DNA of 64,000 nt from contig NGBS01000325.1 of the NCBI GenBank assembly GCA_002245135.1, positions 1-64,000 of the forward strand, written 5' to 3'. The stretch is from Proteromonas lacertae (taxonomy: Eukaryota). Numbering within the stretch: the first letter of the stretch is position 1; every line of letters begins with the position of its first letter. This document shows, in pieces, positions 56,878 through 64,000 of the stretch. The notes below the pieces were generated by a model that was not told where the DNA came from, made no database searches, and worked only from the letters and a program-made list of their open reading frames with translations. The translations under genes and the position numbers were made by a program.

Positions 56878-58259
56878 ATGAGTGAAGAAGAGAATAAAGA
56901 GCTAATAGAGGAAAATAATCTATTGAACAAAGTATTCTTTTGAACTATTTTCTAAACTAGGATGGTGAAGAAGAAGAATCTTCTACTACAAAAATACCAG
57001 ATGCTCCAAGTACTAATTCATCCGATCCTATTTCTCCTTCAAAAGAGTTACCACAAGATTTCGTGATGGCATTATCTGGTTGTCAAATTACGTCCATAAA
57101 AGAAAGAGAGAATAGTGTAGATGTACATGATGATCTGGAAGGTCTAGCTCCATCTGATGATGAAATGGACGAAGAAGATGAAAAATCAGAAGCTTCTACA
57201 CCTAAAGCACCTAATACACCTCCAGTGGATAAAGAACTTGAAATGTACTTTTTACCTCTTGATGATGTAAATATGTATTTAAACAATTTCATCAAGAATG
57301 TATTTATTTATATGTTTATAACATTTAAATAGTGTCATTTCGATACATATGTATTTCGTGTACAAATAATCCAAGATTTAGCTTCAAAATCTGATGATCA
57401 ACAAAATACAAAGAGACCTATCTTGGATGAAATATTAAAGCTATTTAAAAGGCCAAGTGATAATAATTTTACATGTTATGAGTATGTATGTGTATATCAT
57501 TTATTTAATCTCAAAATTAATAAAGGAGTTCCAGTACCAAAGAAAATACCAAAATTCCTAGTAAATTTGAAAAGAGTCATTCCGGAAGTAAAGAAGAAAA
57601 TGAAAGAAATAGAGAATTACCAAAATACTATAAGTAGATTAGAAAAAGAAATAGAAAATGTTAAAAATGATAAAGCTCTTACAGAAAATACACTTTTGAA
57701 TGTAACAAATCAATATTTTACATCACCAGCAATATATTCTTCCAATTCTTTGTCTTCTTCAGCAAAACAGAAAAACAGTAAAGAATTGAAAGCCAGTCCA
57801 AAAATAACAATAAATGATGATGATGATATTTCATTAAGACCATTATCAACCACAGCAAAGTCAAAGAAAAGAATATCCTTCAGTGAGTGTGATTTCGTAT
57901 TTAATCCTGATAAAGGTACAGTAGAAAAAACACCTCCACGTAATAGCAGTATGAATAATGCAACAAGTCACTTGGATACTAATGTTACTTCTCCTTCTCG
58001 TTTTAGAAGTGTTAGTGATATGCCATCAAAGATTCCACCAGCTATGACTAGTAATACATTATCTACTACTTTAACTGCTAACAGATTGGCTGCCATTCGA
58101 CAAATGAATGGTAGGAAGAAGAAATCTCCTTTGTTGATGAAGAAGAATGATGATAGCGATGATAGTGATGGTTCTGCATCAAAAAGTCCAACAGCCAAGA
58201 AAACCAAACCTTCATTAATCAAAAAACCAACGAAAAGAACTGTAACAAAGAAAAATTAG
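56878..58259 (+). CDS. Divergent EH-domain + coiled-coil protein, paralog 1
   Basis: FLPLDDVNMYLNNF...FTCYEYVCVYHLFNLKINKGVPVPKKIPKFL, then a coiled coil. Confidence 0.55.
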
Positions 58260-58436
58260 TAATGAATATAAAAACTTAAAATAGTATGTTTTAGTATTAG
58301 ACAGAGATATTATGAATATAATTGTTTGTTGATGATATTTTTGTAAAACTTAATCAAACAAGTTTGACAAGCCAAGATTTTTATTACAGTTATATTATTG
58401 AAAACTCGTTGTTTATACACTATATAAAAATTATAA

Positions 58437-59381
58437 ATGTCACAAAAAAACAATAAAACAGATATGAACGCCATAGATCCTCCTGAAGGTTTGAAGAAAA
58501 TAAACACAAATTCAAGACCTCCTCCAATACCTAAAAAGTCTTCAATCAGTGATGAAGATGATGCAATAACACCGAAAGGTAATAATAAAAGTACACCTAA
58601 TCTAACTGTTAAAACAGATTCAAATAGTTATAATCCAGCAACAGATGAACCTTTTTATGTCACATTGGATGAAATTAAGGATTATTGCTTATCCTTTTCA
58701 GTTTTAAGCGGTTTTAAAGGTAAGGTTGTTAAAGCTGATCTTCAAAAACGATGTTTAGATGAAAATGATAAAAATATACTGAAAACATTATGGCCAATCT
58801 GTGACCCAGAAGATAAAAAATGCTTAGATTTATTTAAATTCTTTTGTTATTCACATATTCGTCATGTTGTAACAGAATTAAATGTAGATATGCCTGATGA
58901 GATTCCTCCTTATTTAATGTCATTAAAAAAAGCAATTCCAAAGTTTCATGCTCATTTAATATGTCTTAAAGATATTGATGCACAAATAAATAACTTAAAA
59001 AAAGAAATGGAACAACTTGAAGAGGATAGAAGCATAGTTGATAATACATTAAAGAATATGTCAATGAAATATTTAGATAAACAAGAAATAGATGTATTGC
59101 CATTAGATGAGACTGATAGTAGACCGGAAGCAAGTAGTTGTAGATCAATGAAAATGCCAGAAAAGTCGTTCACTCAGAATAGATCAAATTCTATGACTTT
59201 TTCTGAAGATATGTCGAAGAAGAATGTTGTTGTATTACCAAAGTCTAGAAAGGAAAAAGTTACACAAATGAACTTTGCACAAAGATATTCACCATTATTG
59301 AAATCTACTAAAAGTGATTCACCTAGAAATAGAAAAAGCATTACCAAGAAGAGTTCTAGTGTTTCAACAAAGAAAGTTTAA
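58437..59381 (+). CDS. Divergent EH-domain + coiled-coil protein, paralog 2
   Basis: FYVTLDEIKDY...LWPICDPEDKKCLDLFKFFCYSHI...MPDEIPPYL fits the EH pattern (W.L.D...G.L...EF..AMHL....P..LP..L). Confidence 0.62.
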   Translation: MSQKNNKTDMNAIDPPEGLKKINTNSRPPPIPKKSSISDEDDAITPKGNNKSTPNLTVKTDSNSYNPATDEPFYVTLDEIKDYCLSFSVLSGFKGKVVKADLQKRCLDENDKNILKTLWPICDPEDKKCLDLFKFFCYSHIRHVVTELNVDMPDEIPPYLMSLKKAIPKFHAHLICLKDIDAQINNLKKEMEQLEEDRSIVDNTLKNMSMKYLDKQEIDVLPLDETDSRPEASSCRSMKMPEKSFTQNRSNSMTFSEDMSKKNVVVLPKSRKEKVTQMNFAQRYSPLLKSTKSDSPRNRKSITKKSSSVSTKKV

Positions 59382-59600
59382 TAGAAACAGTGTAAATAAT
59401 TCGTTAGTTTTACTTATTTTTACTTTTATTCATCTTTACATTAGTATTAATTATTGTTTGTATGTTGATATATATTCAAAATCTTAATGTACTTCCTCTA
59501 TTGTGGTGAATACTCATTCACGAAAATCTATCCGTTATACAATTTTTTTTAATCTTTTGCTAAAATCTCATCAAAGGTTGCTTTATAAATTGTAAGAAAT

Positions 59601-60574
59601 ATGTCAGGCAAAATATCTCCTCCTGCTAAAATATCACCAAAGAATACACCAACGCAGGAGTCATCATCCAGTTATAAAACACCAACTCGTACATCTGTGG
59701 AAGCAGTTGATGGTTTACCGATAGGTTCAGGCGAGAGAAGAAAATCAATAACTGGGGAAGTTGACCATGGCTTTGATATAACTTTGGATGAAGTAAAAGC
59801 ATATATAAAGGATTTCTCATTAAAAGTATATTGCATTTATATAGATATAGTGTTCATTCCAACGTTTTCTTGGTAAAGCTCCATTTATGAAGACATTGAA
59901 AACAAAAGAAGAAACAGATGTATTTAATTAATTTTATATCTCTATAATTATAGTTATTCAATACAATCATTGAATTATGTGGTAAGAGTGATTCAAAGAC
60001 AATTTCATTATACGAATATGTGTGTTATTCACATATGAGACATTGTTTCTATGATAAAAGTTTAGAAATTCCAGACAAAATGCCACCTCAATTAACAAAA
60101 TTAAAAACCCAAGTTCCTAATATAAAAAAATATGTTGATCACTTACAGCAAGTAGAATCTCAAATTAAAGGATATCAAAACCAAATAAGTGCTTTAGAAG
60201 AACAGAGAGTTGGTGATATAATAGCTTTAGATGAGATTAACAAACACTATATTGATCCAAATGCTGGTTCTACTCCAATTCAGCCTGTACAAAATAGTCG
60301 TCGTCTTTCATATATTGATACAAGTGATCTTAGTTATGATGAAAACAATGGATCTGTGAGTATTAATGATTTACCAGAAGCAAGAAGAGAAGCTATTATG
60401 AGTCTTAATGACCCAAAGAGAGTGTCACCCTTAGTGAAATTAAAGGAAATGTACGATGATTTACCACCAGCACCTAAGAGTTCAAGTAATTCTTCAGGAA
60501 GAAAGAAAGAGAAGTTCTTTTCAAATTATAAACCAGAACCGATTGGAAGTTACCGTAGAAGGTCTATAATATAA
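59601..60574 (+). CDS. Divergent EH-domain + coiled-coil protein, paralog 3
   Basis: FDITLDEVKAY...ISLYEYVCYSHM...IPDKMPPQL, then a coiled coil. Confidence 0.58.
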
Positions 60575-60674
60575 TTTAGAGTTTCTTAAAACTGTTATAT
60601 TTTTGTAAATTTGAATTTTGTTCTTGTTTTCTTAAGAAAATTCTAAAGTGTCGCTTCATTAATATTTCTTGATT

Positions 60675-61731
60675 ATGGCATCTTCTGTAAGCTCAACTGA
60701 AAAATTATCAAGTGGTTATCAATTTCCATACATTGGATTTGGGTATATTGATATAGATTTATATTTATCTTTAGTACTGTGTTTTTATTAGATCAAGAGG
60801 TTGTTAACAATGCAATTCGTAGTGCAATCTTAGCGGGTTATAGAGCCATTGACTGTGCCCCAGCATATGTATATTTAAAATTACAAGTTATAACTATTTA
60901 TAGAATAATGAGAAGTTATTAGGAGTTGCCATTAAGAAATGTATTGATGAAGGTCTTGTCAAAAGAGAAGAGTTGTTTATCACATCAAAATTATGGATGA
61001 CTGATTGTCATCCTGAATCCGTTGAGACAGCTTTAAAAAGAAGTTTAATGTTGCTTCAATTAGACTATTTAGATCTATATTTAATTCACTGGCCTGTTAT
61101 CTACACATTAAAAGAACCAAGAGATAAAACAGACTTAGAAGGATGGTTTGTTAAGAGTGTACCAGATGAACAAAAGATGGGTTATGATGCCGATCAATTT
61201 GCTAAAGTATGGCAAGAAATGGAGAAATTAGTGTATGCTGGAAGAATCAAATCTATTGGTGTTGCCAACTTTTCTAAGGTCAAATTAATGAATTTATTAA
61301 AAATAGCCAAAATAAAGCCTGCAAACATTCAAATGGAAATTCACCCATATAATGGTCAATATGAATACGTTGATTATTTAAAACAATTAGGAATGACAAT
61401 TACAGCATATCAATCCTTAGGAGGTGGTGAAGAGAAGATAGGTGACCATGAACCATTATTGAAGAATAAAGTGATTAATGATATTGCTAAAAAGCATAAT
61501 AAGAGTGTTGCACATGTGTTATTAAGATGGGCCATTCAAAGAGGAATTCATATCATTCCCAGAAGTTCAAATCCTGAACATGTCAAATCAAACCTTGATA
61601 TATTTGATTTTGAATTAGATAAGGAGGATTTGGAACATATTGAATCATTAGATACTCGTGCTAGAATCTGTTTTGGAGGATTCTGTGTTCCAAAAGGAAC
61701 TGATGTTAACAAAGCTATTTGGGACGAATAA
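60675..61731 (+). CDS. Aldo/keto reductase (copy C, more diverged)
   Basis: PYIGFG, IDCAPAY, LFITSKLW, DYLDLYLIHWP, SIGVANF, LRWAIQRG. Confidence 0.95.
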
Positions 61732-61873
61732 ATTGTAATATCTTCTCTCTTTATTATTATTATTTATTGTTTTTGTTTGGTTAAATTTAAAGAACACAAA
61801 AATTCATTAAAATGTATTATAGAGAATATAATATTCATTGTGAATCACTTTTTTTCTTCAAATTATTCATTTT

Positions 61874-64000
61874 TTAATTAGCTTGAGCTGGATTATCACT
61901 AGCTTTCTTGTAAGAAGGGAACATTTTCTTCATAATCATCATAACAATAGGTTCAGTGATATCAAACACACCATTCTTCAAATCACTTTTCATATCTTCT
62001 AATGGAGGAACTTTATCTTCCTGATCCTTTGTTTTCAATAATCCAAAGAATTTGGTCTTTTTCTTTCTTTCTTCTCTTCTCTTTTTAGCTTCTTCTATTA
62101 CTGGCTCAAATATTGCATATAAATCTTCACCATTTGTTTGACTGACCAAATCAATGAGTAAATGGAGATAATCTGATCTTTCGTAGAGATACTTTGATTT
62201 AATACCAAATTCAGAGTAAAAACTTACAAATACATCATAAAATGTCTGAATTATCTTAATTTGATCTGGATGAAGATGATCATAACTACCAGTCAAGCTT
62301 TTATTTGGCTTGGCATATTCTTTAGGATTACTTTCATAGTCCACTTTTGGATTGATACTTGTATAAGTTAATAGAATATAACCTAAAGATACCATTGTTA
62401 CATCAAAATAGTGTAATAACAATTTCTTAAAAACTCCATTATATAAATACTTTTCAAATAAATATAATTGTTGTTCTAAAACTTGACAAATCAACTTAGC
62501 TTTTGATTTTACAAACGCACTATCATAATTATCCATCTTTTTAACATTAAAGATAGTGTCTTTGATCATATTTTCAATAGTAACATCAAATGAAATATTG
62601 ACAATTGATTCAATAAGATTTGTCTCTATTTCACTCAATGTCAAATCATGACTTCTACCCAACGTACTTTTTTCAATTAATATTTCTAAATGAACTATGC
62701 CTCCAGTCTTGGATGAATCTTTTCCCTCTCTTTTCATTGTTATATTCACTGGTTTTGCTTTTTCATAAACATAATAATCAAGTTCTAATTCACCAGTACA
62801 AAGTAAATCATCAGCATTATTTTCATCCCAATCAAAACACTAATATATGATAATATATATATATATATATATATACTTCAACATATAAATATGATTTTTG
62901 AGATAACATTGATCCCCAACTGGTTGGACTCATCATATTATATTCTGGATTTAATGTATTTTTAACAATTGGAGTTTTAAATGTTTGAATTTCACTTTGA
63001 GCTTCTGGATTTTTGTTTTGCAATACTGATTTGTATTGACTTAAATAGACAATAAGATATGGATCAGAAGATATAACATCACCAACTGGAAGATGACTTG
63101 CTGATTTGACTAAACAATTGATTTTATAAGTAACTAAATCATCTTTTAGATTGGTAAGATCAGCAATTCCATTCAAATTATCTAAAGTTACTTGTGAAGT
63201 TCTTCTATCTTTATCTAACGGTTGTAAAGACTCTTCTGTTGTTGTTGTTGTTGTTCCTTTCTTTGAATGTTTTATTGTTTTGAGACTGATTGTTAATGTA
63301 CCACCTGGTTTACCTTTCTTGGTGAGTAAATCGATTGTTACATCTTTGGCTGTTGTATATTCTTCCATATTGAACTTGAAGAACTATTTAAATATATAAT
63401 ATATATATATATACTGCTTCACTGATTGATTCAGATGATAATAATTGCTTATCTCTAACTTCAAAATCAATTAAACAACTTCTACCAGTAATTGTACCCC
63501 ATGTTTCAGGTGAATGGAATCTGAATTGCTGGATTAACTGTACTTTTCTCCACTTGAGTTTTGAATTGTTGATATTTCTTTTCTCCTAATTCCTATTTTA
63601 ATTAGAATGAATAAAAATATACCGTTTCATTTTTGGCTAACCTTACTTTCATATATGGATCAATACTACCAATACCTTTCGGCTAAGTTTTCTGCTTTCA
63701 TAATAATCATTGTTACACTATAAGTCTCAGATTTGGCTTGTTGAAATTCTATTGAAACAGTATCTAAAGATATTCCATTCACATTTTCTTCTTCTTCATC
63801 AACTTCAATTTCTTGTTCAACATCTTCATCAACCTGTAATTTTGAGACATAATCCATTTTATCATACAATTCAATTCTTAAGAAATTAATATCATTCAAA
63901 TGAACACATAAACTCATAACAACAGGTAAGTAATTATCAACAGCAACTTGATCACCTTCGAAGAAATCAAAGAATTTGAACCTCCAACATCTCTTCAATC
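61874..64000 (-). CDS. Multi-C2-domain protein with Munc13 MHD2-like C-terminus (5' end outside window)
   Basis: MKAENL...DPYMKV; KSASHLPVGDVISSDPYL...KTPIVKNTLNPEYN...VFDWDENNADDL; helical tail QIKIIQTFYDVFVSFYSEFG...LLIDLVSQTNGEDL. Confidence 0.7.

Overview
Very AT-rich eukaryotic nuclear DNA with dense genes and many very short (about 25-40 nt) GT-AG introns. A TGTTTGTT motif follows several stop codons, so a Blastocystis-like gut stramenopile that keeps genome-encoded stop codons is the most likely source (inference). Scattered 1-nt indels in otherwise conserved genes suggest an imperfect long-read consensus, so single frameshifts are weak evidence of pseudogenes. Housekeeping genes: CCDC25, PCMT, three aldo-keto reductases, two GDSL phospholipase-B genes, a RING protein, a metallophosphoesterase, a GT31, a homeodomain factor, VPS9, Nup160, a PDI-like protein, SAH hydrolase, three EH-domain paralogs and a C2/Munc13-like gene. 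Accessory regions stand out. (1) At 14.8-26.8 kb, a tandem copy of a pseudokinase-LRR-CaaX gene has its middle replaced by about 7.4 kb carrying a CFAP57-like fragment, a hairpin, a Crinkler/RHS-type NTPase+REase gene with two NLS motifs, and a second Crinkler-type NTPase fused to an intact USP deubiquitinase. (2) At 34.4-42.8 kb, a tRNA-Ser-bounded inverted repeat of lidless Hsp70 genes encloses a membrane-anchored metzincin. (3) A deletion-collapsed type I PKS relic lies near 10 kb. (4) A GH20 hexosaminidase is fused to an EEP domain.
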